Assembly: GCF_018977255.1 (NCBI RefSeq)
Contig: NW_024704742.1
Coordinates: forward strand, 111,292,001-111,356,000
Reading direction: 5' to 3'
Length of the DNA stretch: 64,000 nucleotides
DNA from: Callorhinchus milii
Taxonomy: Eukaryota
Both the position numbers and the translations under genes were made by a program. The notes under the pieces are model-generated. The model was not told the DNA's origin. It saw nothing but the letters and a program-made list of their open reading frames with translations, and ran no database searches. Shown here piece by piece: positions 37,058 through 49,327 of the stretch (the stretch's first letter is position 1; every line of letters starts with the position of its first letter).

Positions 37058-39269
37058 ACAAGTTAGGAAGAGATATTATGAATTATCAGCAATTGTCAAC
37101 TGTATTAACTAGATTTCTCAAATCAGTTTTAGTAAGTTGTCAAATTCCAATTACAGTTCACTTTGCTCTAAAACAGTCACAGTCAGCTCAATCTCCTTCA
37201 CGAATAAATTAGAAAAATTGAGCATGAGAAATTCCTCATTTACACCAAGCAGCCATAAGGAAGCTAAACAAATAAGTCTATTTACACAAACTGTGACTGA
37301 ATTCTCTCTCACTCAGTTTGGAGCATGCAAATAAAATGGGACAGGTTTTATTATTAGTCAGTCATCTTAAATCTTTTGAAAGAAAAACAATCAGTTCCTG
37401 AGATCCGAGAGCTTTGGTTAACAAAGCAACATTATGACTGAGTGAGTCATGTAATAAATTTTTATTTATTCGAAATTCCTTTCTTTGAATCTGCTGAAAC
37501 TTCCAACTGTAAGATTGTTAAAGCTCTTTAAGTTTCCCAAGTACATGGTTCTTTGTGCCTTGTGTGTTATCTCTGACTGTGTTTGTACAGTTGCTCCTTT
37601 ATTTTGGTTTGATTGGAAAAACCCTGGGTTTCTAATACCTCTGAAGGAGATTGGGTGTGTAGCAGGGGGCTACATTGAGTCTAGTTACTATAAAGGATTA
37701 GTTGTGATCCTGATACATCACATTACTAAAAAAAATTAAGTGCCAGGAAAGTTTTGAACAAAAACCTTTGTAGCAGTAGAGATAAAAAGGAGGAAAGGGA
37801 TATTGTAAATACTGGCACATATTTTTCAAAAAAAGGCATTCCTTCACTGCATTGAATGAATGGGAGTGCCACTGGTCACTGAGCTGGGATGCAATTGAAA
37901 TCAGTACCATAGGCTTGACTGAAAATTTCTCAGGGAATTTAAAATGTTAATCCTCCACAAGATCTTACCCTTCCATGCAGAATTACTACAGACATTGGAA
38001 TTGTTTTGTTATTTATATCAGCATTTAATCAAACGCAGACCATGGCAGATTGTTGAATAGAATCCTTATTCTTTGATAGTAAATAATTAATCATTTCTGT
38101 AATTCAATTGTATTAGTAGAGAAATGAAGGCTGGCCCCTCTTGTCTTTGAGCAAAGCCATTGCCTTCTCTTGCATTTCAGCATCTATAGAAGTTAAAGCA
38201 AAAACTTTACCCCCTTTGAATGTACAGTTATAGAAAAACTACTATGTTCCATCTTGCCATAATCTTAAAAGTAATAACTATATACAGTAATCCTACAATA
38301 CTTCATCTCTCATATGGCAAAATCAAATTCTTTGCTAAATAGCTACCAATTCCCTCTTCAATATGTTGACATAATCTGTCTCCCTGAGTGATCCATTCCA
38401 CACATTCACCACTTTGGTAAAATTATTTTACCACTTTTCTTTAGTAAAATAATTAAACCTGAACTATTTATTCACCTTCTCTCTTCTGTGCTTCTAACCA
38501 TATTAAGTATATTATTATGGTTCAATTTATCCATGCACATTCAGATTTTAATGAATTCTTTGAATTTATCTATTTTTTTAAAAATTCTAAATTTAACATT
38601 CTGTTGTTTTTTTGCAATCTATTTCTGCATAGTTGTAATAATACTTGCATTTGATATAGCACATTATCATATATTCAAGACGTTTCAAAGCGCTTCACAG
38701 AATATACTGTAAAGTGAATTGATTATATTTTATGTTTATACTGTTGGATACAAATCTGTTTTGTTTGCAGCATAGAGAAAGATATACAAAAAAGCCTAAA
38801 TGTCTTTTGAACAGTCAAGTCAATGTTGAACGATCCTGGATACTTCAATTAATCACTTGAGAATTTTCAGTGAGCAGAGGCAACCGACCCAGTTTGCTGC
38901 ACATTTGCCACTTATATTCCGGGGGTTGAGAATCAAAGTGCTCCTGAAATACCACCTCTAGATGGAGTACAGAGCAGGACTTTGCACTCACTTTACAATA
39001 TTTTGCATGTGTCGTGACAAATTACCAGAGATCTCTTTCCAGCTTATTTGAATACTTCAACTCTGACATCACAAGCAGATCTGTTGAATTTGTGTACGCA
39101 GATTTTTATTTATCTGTAGAAAATGAATATTCATCTTTAGCCAAATAAGTTCCTACAATTTTGCACCACATCAGTATGAAATGTAAAAAATCATTGGATC
39201 ATGATGCAAATGATGCAAAGAGAGAAGTGTGACAATAAAAGGATGAACAGGTAAGACAGAACCTAGGGT

Positions 39270-40133
39270 TAACTCCTCCCTCCACAAGCTGCAGATCATT
39301 CGGACTCTACAGCCCGTGTCCTCTCCCGCACCAGGCCCTATCGCCTGACTCCACTGGCTTCCCATCACACAGAGGATATAGTTTAAGATCCTGGTCCTCA
39401 CCTTCAAAGCCCTCCATGAACTTGCTCCTCTCCACCTCCGTGACCTCCTAACCCCCTACAAACAACCTGTCCGCTCCCACCGTTCAACAGACTCCAGCCT
39501 GCTTCATGTCCCCTGGCTTGCCTGCCCACCATTGGCGTCGGGTCTTCGGCCTCTCTGCCCCCATCCTCTGGGACTCCATGCAACAGTCCCTCCACCTTGC
39601 CCCCTCCCTTATCTCCTTCAAGACCCTCCTCTTTGACTGTGCCTTCGGTCACCCTCCTATTCCTACCCTCTGCACCCTCCTCAACAACAACAACAACAAG
39701 ATTGCATTTATAGAGCGCCTTCACATCGGGAGGACGTCCCAAGGCGCTGGATAGTTGGGTCGGGACCCAAGCAGGGGAGAGATGGTCAGGGTGAGGGGAG
39801 GGAAGAGAGGGATTGAGGAGAGGGTAGAGAGTCGAGAGGGGAGGTGAAGGCACGGTTGAAGAGAAAGGTCTTGAGACCGGCCTTGAAGGAGAAAAGGGAG
39901 GAAGCAAGGCGAAGGCACTGGGGGATAGAGTTCCAGAGCCTAGGGCTGAGAGGCTGAAGGTCCGGCCACTGATGGTAGGGCGGTTAGGGCGGGGGATGTG
40001 GAGCAGACCGGAGCTAGAGGAACTCACCTCCTGATCTCAACCACCAGCTCGGGTGGGGATCCGTAACTGTCCAGTACTTTGAGATGTCCTCCTGACGTGA
40101 AAGGCGCTATACAAGTGTAATTTATTGTTGTTG
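39270..40133. mobile_element. Nested L2 pair: + copy split by a - copy (39682-40026)
   Basis: The + copy's 3' UTR resumes after 40027; cctcct occurs at both junctions. Confidence 0.85.
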
Positions 40134-40134
40134 T

Positions 40135-40368
40135 AATGTCTCATCTGAAGGATGGCAGCTCAGATAATGCAGTGCTGCCCCAGCTCTGCACTGGAGTGTC
40201 AGCCTAGATTATAAGATCAAACTCCCAACATAGGGCTTAAACCCACAACCTTTTAACTTAGTAGACTGTGAAGCGCTTTGGGACGTCCTTCCGACGTGAA
40301 AAGCGCTATATCAAATGCAAGGATTATTATTAGGCGAGAATGCTACCAACTTAGCCAGGCTGACACCT
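40135..40368 (-). mobile_element. Deu-domain SINE 5' half carrying a SINE-tail insertion (about 40262-40331)
   Basis: ctgcactggagtgtcagcctag...cacaacctt ... tgctaccaacttagccaggctgacacc. Confidence 0.8.
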
Positions 40369-41279
40369 ACTATACAATTCTTTACATGGCTCCATAGGTT
40401 ATTGTACAATAACCCCACTATCTTCTAGTAATCCAGTAACCATTATTTCACTAATCTACGGTAGTATTTTACAGCATTAATATGTTTGTTCTTTCAATAT
40501 TCAAATGTAAAATTTCCTGAGAATAGCTGAAGAAAATACTGTCTGGTCATTACTGAGGTTAACGTGAAGCAAATCTCAAGAGTATACATCACATAAGAGA
40601 TTTAAACTGTTTTATCTAGATAATTGAAACAGCTTGCTGACAATATTGACAAGAAAATACAGCAACATAAGTCACAATACATAAGCTAAAACAAAACTTT
40701 TGACATCATGATGTCAATTAAAGACAATGGGAATGTGCCAAATTGCATGTCTTTTTGTTTATCAGTTTGTAAAGGATTGGGGTATTTGGTTTAAGCTTAA
40801 GAAACGGTTTCTTGTCAATCTCCCCAGCTCCACCATTCACAAAGTCCAACTGATTCAAAACCCGCAGCCTGTATCCTCACCCACACCAACCTCCGCACCC
40901 CCATTATCCGAGTGCTTGCAAGAGTCCAATGGCTCCATAACAAAATTGATTGATTTCAAGATCCTCACACTCACCCGTTTTATGCCCTGGTACCTCCCTA
41001 CTTCTCTCATCTGCTTACACCCCTCTACACACTCTCTTTGTCTGAGGTGATATCCTTTAAATGAAACGTTGAACTGAGATCCTGTCTGCTAATCACATGG
41101 ATGTTAAAGATCCCATGCCGAAGAAAATGGAGTTTCACTGTGCTGGCCAACAAGCCTCCAGATAAAATTTATAATCAATTTCATGGCTGTTTGTGGGACA
41201 TTGCTGTGAAACAATGTGAAATGTTTCATGATGTGGTAAGGCACCATATCAATTATTACCTATTGTTATAATAATATAA

Positions 41280-41450
41280 CATAATAATCCTTGCATTTTT
41301 TCACATCTTCTCGACATCTCAAAGCGCTTCACAGAATAGACTGTAAAGTGAATTGACAGTATATTTGTGGGCAAAATGTGGCAGCCAATTGCGCACAGCA
41401 CTGTCCCACAAACAGTCGTGGATTGAAAATCACCAATTTGTTATTGTTTT
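41280..41450 (-). mobile_element. 5'-truncated SINE of the same family
   Basis: Tail and body in reverse orientation. Confidence 0.8.
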
Positions 41451-41534
41451 GACTGCAGGAAAACTAAGCTCTACAGGGGTCAAAGACCATATTTGGGAAT
41501 AAGTTAAAACGTTGGTATTGTGGATTGGTATAGT

Positions 41535-41860
41535 GGAGTCCTGTAGCTCAGTGGTTAGAGCACTCGCTTTGCAAGTGAGAGACCTGAGTTCAATTCCAGT
41601 CAGGGCGAAACCTTGGGTAAGTTTCCTTACTCCACACAAAGCCTAATAATAATCCCTCCAAAAACCAAAAACAATAATAAATTGGTCATTTTCAATCTAC
41701 GACTGTTTGTGGGACATTGCTGTGCGCAATTGGCTGCCGCGTTCGCCCACAAATATACAGTCAATTCACTTTACAGTGTATTCTGTGAAGCGCTTTGGGA
41801 CGTCCTCCCGACGTGAAAAGCGCTATATCAAATGCAAGGATTATTATTATTATTATTATT
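41535..41860 (+). mobile_element. Full-length young tRNA-derived SINE (same family as 3954)
   Basis: Same head, body and (ATT)n tail. Confidence 0.9.
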
Positions 41861-42320
41861 GTGACTTTTACTGTAAATACAATGGCTGAAATGGGTGATA
41901 AGGAAGAAGTTGTGGCTAACATGTTGCAGGAGCACGTGAATACCCAAATAAGGTCGGTAACTTGCAAAATAGATTAGGGGGCATAGTGTGCTGGGGTGCA
42001 AAGGATAAAAATAAGGGTAAGAACAGGTAAAAGACGGAAGTCTCCGAAGTACGGGTAGATGGAAGATTGAAAACTGGAAGAAACAAGTTTGCATGCAGTA
42101 AAGACAGTGCTGAGTTTGTATGCTGTAAAGACACAGTACTGAGTTTGCATGCTGTAAAGAGACAGTGCTGAGCGTGAACCATCCACGGTAGTATTGTTCC
42201 ATTATAAGATCGATTGATTGTACCTGCCTTTGTTCTACCCATTGGGAAACTGGGGAATAACGATTAATAAAAGTCTAATATCTGGTTGAAAAAGGATGTT
42301 GGCTGACTTTATTTCTAACA
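41860..42320 (+). mobile_element. Possible solo LTR
   Basis: Ends in ...ctaaCA, AATAAA at about 42266, three internal 27-29-bp tandem units. No target-site duplication found; 5' boundary uncertain. Confidence 0.4.
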
Positions 42321-42489
42321 ATAGGAATGCTTACCAACAGCCATGAAGTGCATGACCAATTTTATCTTGGGGATTTTTGCCCAGAAAATCAGAAGAAACT
42401 CCCTTTTCTTTTCAAATTGTATCATGGGATCTTTAACGTCCACCTGAACAGGTCCTCGGTTTAATCCGAAGGACAGCACCTGGGTCTTT

Positions 42490-43560
42490 GTTTTTGGCCG
42501 TCTGTCACCTGCGGAAAACCATCACCATGCTTAAGAGGATCCATACCAAGCTGAGATTTCTATGCATCCCACCTACATGTGGAAATCCCAGAGATAGATT
42601 GTTGGAATGGAATGCATACTCTCTCCCTGGAGAAACGCATCCTGCTTACCTACTTCCGGAAAGTATTAGGCGCAGGTTGGCAAGAGCCAAGGCTTGGGGA
42701 CCCCAGAGTGTGCAATGGGGTACTGCTGGAGTCTAACCAGCTAAAAGCCGCATAACTTGCCATTGATACTGCTTCCCCGCTGCTTGTCCTTTAGGGTTTT
42801 GGCTTGCAGGGTTAACAGGAGCTGAATGGGATGAGCCCCTAGCCCCAGTGGATGGTCTACCCTTCCAGGTCCTGCCAATTAGCCAGTCTGGCTGTGCTGT
42901 CATCAGACGTGGCCACTGTGAAGCTGCCTCTGCCTCCTGGATGCTTGGCGATGTCAGTGTAGGCCAGAGCCCTGTAGCCACTTCCCGTGTTTGCCACAAT
43001 TTCACCTCACTGTTTGATCCTGGACTTTGCAGATGGGTCCGCTGTATCCCCAGCAGCTCAGATCCATAAAGGAGGACTGGTTATATACAAGGCTTGTATG
43101 CCACAAGCTTGACCTGCATCGGGACCTTGCTGTCATTGAAGAAGTATGAGCATGGTCAGAGTACCCTTCCTTTCTTCTCAGTGCATTCTTTCAGGACATT
43201 GTCCACAACCCTGAGTGTCATTGAATAGGGTTGATGGCCCCTTTATCTTCCTCAGACCGTGCAGAACCATGATTCCGCACTTGGGGAAATCTACCCCCAT
43301 GTCCCACTGTACCTTCCTGATCACACCCCGAGCCTCCAATGCATGTGATATACCACACGGAGCACCACTTTAAGAGCCACTGAAATCAGCGAGCTCCCTC
43401 TGCAGTTATCGGTCTCACTGGGGTCATCCTTCTTGTGGATAGAGACAATTTAACTCTGGAACACCGACGGGGCGTCTGCCTCAAAGAGAATCCTGTTGGA
43501 CTTGAGCACATAACGTTCAACCTCAGAGGCCTGACCGCTGCCAGCTGAGCCGGTGTAATC
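42490..43560 (-). mobile_element. Degenerate non-LTR retrotransposon ORF2 remnant (RTE/RTEX-like)
   Basis: Manual minus-strand translation gives IVSIHKKDDPSETDNCRGSSLISVALK (about 43450-43370) and KLVAYKPCI*PVLLYGSELLG (about 43110-43050). Confidence 0.7.
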
Positions 43561-43684
43561 AGTTATGTGTGTTATGGAATATAAATATTCAATGCAGTTA
43601 TTCCAAATTGCTATTTTTTGCTCAGGAAGTACAGATATGTGGTTTATCGCCAGTTCAGAAATGTAAACAAGCAACTGCAAGAAA

Positions 43685-44490
43685 CCCCCCCCCCGTCTCC
43701 CCTACCTCCGCCCGTCTCAACCCTGTCCCCGTCCCCCCCACAGCCCCCCTGTCCCCCGTCTCCCCCACCTCTCCCGTCCCGTCTCCCCCATCCCCCTCAC
43801 ATCTCCCCTGTCCCGTCTCCCCCACCTCCCCCATCCATCCCCCACCGCCTCCCCTGCCCCATTTCCCTCTATCCCCCCCTCATCCTCCCGTCTCCCCCAC
43901 ATCCCCACCTGTCCCCCCCACCCGCCGCCCCACCTCCTCTGCCCCCTGTCTCCCCCCCACCCCCCAGTCTCCCCGCCCCCTGTCTCCCCCCCCGTCTCCC
44001 GCCCCCTATCTCTCCCCCCCCCCGCCCCTGTCTCCCCCCCCCCCCTCCCCCTGTCTCCCCCCCCCTGTCTCCCCCCCCCCCCCCCCCCCCCCCCCCCCTG
44101 TCTCCCCCCCCTGCCCCGCCCCCTGTCTCCCCCCCGCCCCCTGTCTCCTCCCCCCCCCCCCCCCTGTCTCCCCCCCCCCCCGCGCTCCCCCGCCCCCCTG
44201 TCTCCCCCCCCCGCCCCCTGTCTCCCCCCCCCCCCCCTGTCTCCCCCCGCCCCCTGTCTCCCCCCCCCCCTCCCCCCCCCTGTCTCCCCCCCCCCCTGTC
44301 TCCCCCCCCCCGCCCCCTGTCTCCCCCCCTGTCTCCCCCCGCCCCCTGTCTCCCCCCCCCCCCGTCTCCCCGCCCCTGTCTCCCCCCCCGCCCCGCCCCC
44401 TGTCTCCCCCCCCCCGCCCCCTGTCTCCCCCCCGCCCCGCCCCCTGTCTCCCCCCCCCCGCCCCGCCCCCTGTCTCCCTCTCCCCCGCAG
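43685..44490. repeat. C-rich tandem repeat (CCCCTGTCTCCCCC...)
   Basis: TGTCT cores separated by C-runs, some over 20 nt. Confidence 0.96.
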
Positions 44491-44640
44491 TCCCCACCGT
44501 CACCGCTGAGCAAAACTCCAGCGAGTTTCAGACAGAAAGAGCACGTGACCAGTCAGGTTGCCTCCGCCACGCGAGCGGCGCCTGCGCAGAGCGGGTCTGA
44601 TCTGGCAGTTAACGGAGCCGCGTCAGCGGAAACCGGAGAG
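44490..44640. promoter_or_regulatory. CpG-island core promoter of LYSMD3
   Basis: CACGTGACC E-box (USF/TFE type) at about 44542, NRF1-type GCGCCTGCGCA at about 44578, CGGAAA at about 44627, high CpG density, no TATA box. Confidence 0.7.
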
Positions 44641-45170
44641 AGAGAGAGAGTGTGAGAGAGAGATAGAGTGCGTGTGAGAGACAGCGAAAGAAAGTGTGAG
44701 AGTGGGAGAGAAAGAGGAGAGAAAAGGAGAGAGTGAAAACGGAGAGAAATAGGCTCTGGGGGAGAGCGAGGCCCGGCCCGGGGGGGAGAGCGAGGCCCGG
44801 CCCGGGGGGGGGAGAGCGAGGCCCGGCCCGGGGGAGAGCGAGCCGGGGGGGAGAGCGAGGCCCGGCCCGGGGGGGAGAGCGAGGCCCGGCCCGGGGGGAG
44901 AGCGAGGCCCGGCCCGGCCCGGGGGGGAGAGCGAGGCCCGGCCCGGGGGAGAGCGAGGCCCGGCCCGGCCCGGGGGGGAGAGCGAGGCCCGGCCCGGCCC
45001 GGGGGGGAGAGCGAGGCCTGTCCTTGGCACAGACGCCGCAGGTGAAGCCGGAGCCAGAGGCGCTCTGACCCGGGTTTATGCTGCTCTCCAATGGCGGCTC
45101 CCGGCACAGCTCCAGCGACGTGGCTTCAAACCCCACTGCCGTGAAGCGATGGACGCGGCCCCGAGAGCAG
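44600..45170 (+). other. LYSMD3: LYSMD3 first (5' leader) exon; start approximate
   Basis: CpG-rich segment downstream of promoter motifs, ending in CAG|GTGAGG (donor at 45171). An alternative CAG|GTGAAG donor sits at 45042. The TSS cannot be fixed from sequence. Confidence 0.6.
44757..45018 (+). repeat. GC-rich minisatellite (GGGGGAGAGCGAGGCCCGGCCC), about 11 units
   Basis: Directly visible; variable G-runs and GGCCC copy number. Confidence 0.95.
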
Positions 45171-45633
45171 GTGAGGCCCCCGACAGCCCCCGAGCGCGGC
45201 CGAGGAGCTCGTGAGAAAGGCATTTATTTTGCTCTTTCTTTATTTTTTTCCAAAAAAAAATAAGTCTTTGCTTTTCGCCGCGACTGGAATCGGTGGGGGG
45301 GGGGGGGGGTTTAAAAAAAATCAAATTAATATGTGGCGAAAATTATTTTTGCTCTCGCCGTGTGCAGCGAGAGCTGGTCCAGCTGTTCGGCATTTAAAAT
45401 GCAGTGATCTGGCAAAAGATTTTGTTTTAAAAGATTTTTTTGTTTGTTTTTTTGTTTAAAAAAAAATTTCAGAGTAATCCTCTCGTGGTTTTTTTTTTGC
45501 CACGTTTCCCATCTGCGACTGTCGAAGGGGATACCATCCAAAGTAAAATCGTGGACGCGTTCACTTGCAGACTTTTCCTGAATTTCCTGCACAACACTTG
45601 ATTCATTCCTACCATTTTCCTTTCCAGATAACT

Positions 45634-45900
45634 ATGTCAGGGAGAAGTCAGAGAGAACGGTTTCAAGTTGCCACTGTTCCTCCTGCACTGGGAGGTAACC
45701 TTTACGTATTTGGAAATAACACGCCTTCGGAAAATGAACTCTCAGAAGAGGACGCCGAGTATTTTGAGCTGCGGCCAAGAGGCAAAGAGAAAACAAGAAA
45801 AATCACCTCCAAGGAACGACTGGATGAAATTGTGTATCTGGTCCGAGAAATTCAAGAAGGCGACACCTTGAATGCACTTGCTCTGCAGTACTGCTGTACT
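45634..45900 (+). CDS. LYSMD3: LysM domain-containing protein 3, coding exon 1 (89 codons)
   Basis: Translates [10 protein letters not shown]...[16 protein letters not shown]...[19 protein letters not shown], matching recalled vertebrate LYSMD3 ([26 protein letters not shown]). Pyrimidine tract and AG acceptor at 45626-45627; GTAAGT donor at 45901, phase 0. Confidence 0.96.
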
Positions 45901-48679
45901 GTAAGTGATGATTTGAGTCCTTACGTAAAGGATTGTTGCAAGGAAGAAGTGAAAGGAATGGTAAAGAAAGCTTTAGGCAAACAGGATTATATATATATAT
46001 ATAGCGAGAGAGAGAGTAGGTATAAAAGTAAACGCACAATACGCAATAGGTAAAACTAAAGAGAAAGTTACATTAATTCCACCATTGTTCAAATTAAATT
46101 GAAATCCGCAAATGAAAGACAGAACCAGCTTTAAAAGATTCTCTTGGATCTGAATATCTGTGGCTGCAAAAGTATGGCAGCTGTTCAATTTCAATTGTAC
46201 ATTTAGGTAACTCAAATTTTTGAAATGGGTGAAACTTGCATTGTATCAAAGAGCAGAAAGAGAAAGCTTTGAGGTTCTTAGATTTGTAGGTGCAGTGCTT
46301 TTACTTTTAACTGAACCAATCACAGGTCCTACCATATTGTTAGAAAACTATTTTAGGAAATAGGCCTCTAATACCAGAGATAAAAGTGGAGACCAATTTT
46401 TTTAAATAGTTGTGAAGATTATTAGCTTTTGCACCTCAAATAGATATCTAAAATATGGGTAGGATTTGTGTCATTTTTTGTAATGTATAATATGTATTGG
46501 AATGTATAACATTTACATTTCCTTCATATCTTTTAACAGAAACTCTACATTTATTATTATTTATTATTTCATCTTTATTGCTTTTATGAAAAACTGGCAT
46601 AATTTTGCAATGTTTGATATGAATAATGTACAACATTTAAGAGTTGAATTTCACAATCTGAACTTAAGTATTTTATAAATACACAAGCAATACAGAATCT
46701 ATTGGGTACTTACAGAATGCTTTATTCAAACCTTTGAATTGTAGGCTTACAAGTGAATTTACTGCATTCAAACCAAGAAGCTTTGATATCTTGAATAGTC
46801 ACCCTATTATACAGATTTCAGTGCATCTGTGATTTTTTATATATATATTATAAAACTTTTTACATGAATGGAGATGTGGGATACTATTAATAGTACTACA
46901 TAGCTACTTTGTTGACATGCATCCAGAAAATCACTTGCTCCATAACTGATTAACCAAAATTGGACTTGAATGTGGTGTAACCAATTGGATTTTTCTTGTT
47001 GAAGTCTTTCAGTTTTTTTTAAGAGAGTATTTAACCTTGACTGACTGTTCAACTTGATATTGGCATCTCCATTCAGTATTGATTTACATTTTGATTAAAA
47101 AAATCATGTTATAAAATCATTTTATAAATGATTTTGTTAAAATAAAGTTAAATGGGGAAAAATTCAAGATGTGAATTTTAATATATTCAATACAGTTTCG
47201 ATAAGAGTATGACACAAGTCCACTGAAGAGCCAGTCTCAAGCGAATGCTGGCTCCCACGTCCTACATTGAGAACTAACTTGCATATGTTATTGAATCATT
47301 TCTTTGAAAATAAGGTTGTATACCCTGGATAAAAATGTCAGTTATTCACATCTTAAACTCAATTAGCATGTACAAAATGAATTTTATTCAGAAACCTAGG
47401 AAAAGTAAGGCCATATTGCAGGACATCAACAAAATTCAAAATGCATCAGTCAAGAAGTGTTTGATTTAAAAATCCTTTAATGTAGGAGGAAGTGAAGACT
47501 GAAGGAGGTAAGAAGTGTTCTATAGTGTTGTGGCCCAGGGCAGGAATACATTTAGTATAGGACAGCATGATGATGAAAATGGTATATAGTATTTTTGTTC
47601 TGAGGTTGTAGTGTATTAAAACTAGAATTCTAACTGTGGTTCAGGATTAAAATGGTACAATCAGAATTCAGTCATTGGAATTGGGCCCATAGAAACTGAA
47701 AATATCAAAATAGTTCTTTTTTTAAGCAAGCGTCAAGTTTGTCTTACTTAAACCAAAGAACCTAGCACTGCTCGAGGCAGACAAATAAGGGCTAACTTTT
47801 TTGTAATTGACTTTGGGATTTTTGCTTGCTAAACTGTTCAAGATGTATTTTGATGGTGCATTTCCTGATAGTAAATTGACAATTACCCATTGCTCCCTCT
47901 AAATCGCAGAGCCTGTGTAAAATCTCAACATTTTGTTTGACCTTCAATTCTCCCTCAAAACTTTTTGCCTGGTTACTGATCAAGTCTATTTTCTTCTGTA
48001 TATTCCATATATCTTGCCGCTGCCACTGACACAGCCCAAACCCTCATCCAACACCTTTATCACCTGTTCTCTGCTTGGTGACCTATTTTTCATTCTCTGT
48101 TTGGTGACCTCTATCCTCTGCAAATTCCAGACCATACAGAAATTTGCCTAACCCTAACCTAAACCTGGCTCCATGAACCCATCAGCCTCATCTTCACCTG
48201 CCTTCACTGGCTTCCTATTCCCCTAGCAAATCAACTTTAACATCCTTGTCCTTTCCTTCAAACCATCCTCTCTTTGTGATCTCCTGAGAACTTACACCCC
48301 TGACCTTTCCATGCAGTCTGCCAATTCTAGCCTGTTTAATGCCCCCTGCATACTCCATAAATGTAAGCATGGAAAATTTGTAACTGCATGTCCAGTGAAA
48401 TTTTTTTAAAAAGCTGGGATTTCAGTAAATTGTAATGGTATGTGGATTTTTCATACCAATGTACACTTGAACTGTGAAAAATACCTAGCCCTAGAATTGT
48501 ACATTTGGTTCTTCCAAATTTATCTCCCAACTGTGTATGTCTCCTCCTGAACTATAACAAAGTGCAGCTGCACAATTGAAATTCTCAGATGAACTTCTTT
48601 CATCTGTGAAGAAATGACAATGCACTGTTAAAAGAAATTAGTGTCTTTCTTGTTACTAAATATGTAATTTAATTTTCAG

Positions 48680-49327
48680 GTTGCAGATATCAAGAGGGTG
48701 AACAATCTTATCAATGACCAAGACTTTTTTGCTCTCAGATCCATAAAAATCCCTGTGAAAAAGATCAGTTTATTGACTGAGACACACAGTCCTACTAAAC
48801 TAAAATTAGTTCCACGTGTTGCCTTAGAATCTAGTTCTCAATTTGAAGAATGCAATGCTTGTCCAAAATCCACATCATCCAGTGGCAATGCTGACAACTT
48901 TCTCCGAGAAGTCGATAAAGACATAGAAAGGATAGTGAAATCCACTGACACTACGAGGGAACATTTAAATGAGGTGGTTTCATCTTTGTCCACTCAACCG
49001 TCTTATCAAATACCAGCTCGCAAAATCTTACCACGTAAAGATCCTCATTATGGAGCTGACTGGGGAATGCGATGGTGGAATGCAGTAATGATAATGTTAG
49101 TAGTTGGAATCGTTACACCAGTGTTTTATTTGCTATACTATGAAGTCCTGGTTAAAGTTGAGACAAGCCATCATTCTACTATGGAATCTACAGACCTTCC
49201 TGTTACTCAGCCTTCACATCAAGAGTTGAAGTATGCATATGAAATAAATCCTATGAAAAGAACTAGTGTGGCTGCAGAGGAGGCTGTTGACCATGTAAAT
49301 GCAAAAGTACAGACATCTGTGAACTAA
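48680..49327 (+). CDS. LYSMD3: LYSMD3 coding exon 2 (rest of LysM domain, transmembrane helix, C-terminus)
   Basis: ttttcag acceptor, then VADIKRVNNLINDQDFFALRSIKIPVKK...RKDPHYGADWGMRWWNAVMIMLVVGIVTPVFYLLYYEVL...TSVN*. 648 nt, in frame with exon 1, giving 304 aa in total. Confidence 0.96.
   Translation, partial: VADIKRVNNLINDQDFFALRSIKIPVKKISLLTETHSPTKLKLVPRVALESSSQFEECNACPKSTSSSGNADNFLREVDKDIERIVKSTDTTREHLNEVVSSLSTQPSYQIPARKILPRKDPHYGADWGMRWWNAVMIMLVVGIVTPVFYLLYYEVLVKVETSHHSTMESTDLPVTQPSHQELKYAYEINPMKRTSVAAEEAVDHVNAKVQTSVN

Noticed and set aside
43569..45223. Extensin-like proline-rich ORFs
   Set aside because: Translations of C-run and GC tandem repeats at the promoter.
45901..46053. C-terminal part of ORF 45565-46053
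   Set aside because: Read-through into the intron past the GTAAGT donor; LYSMD3 homology continues at 48680.
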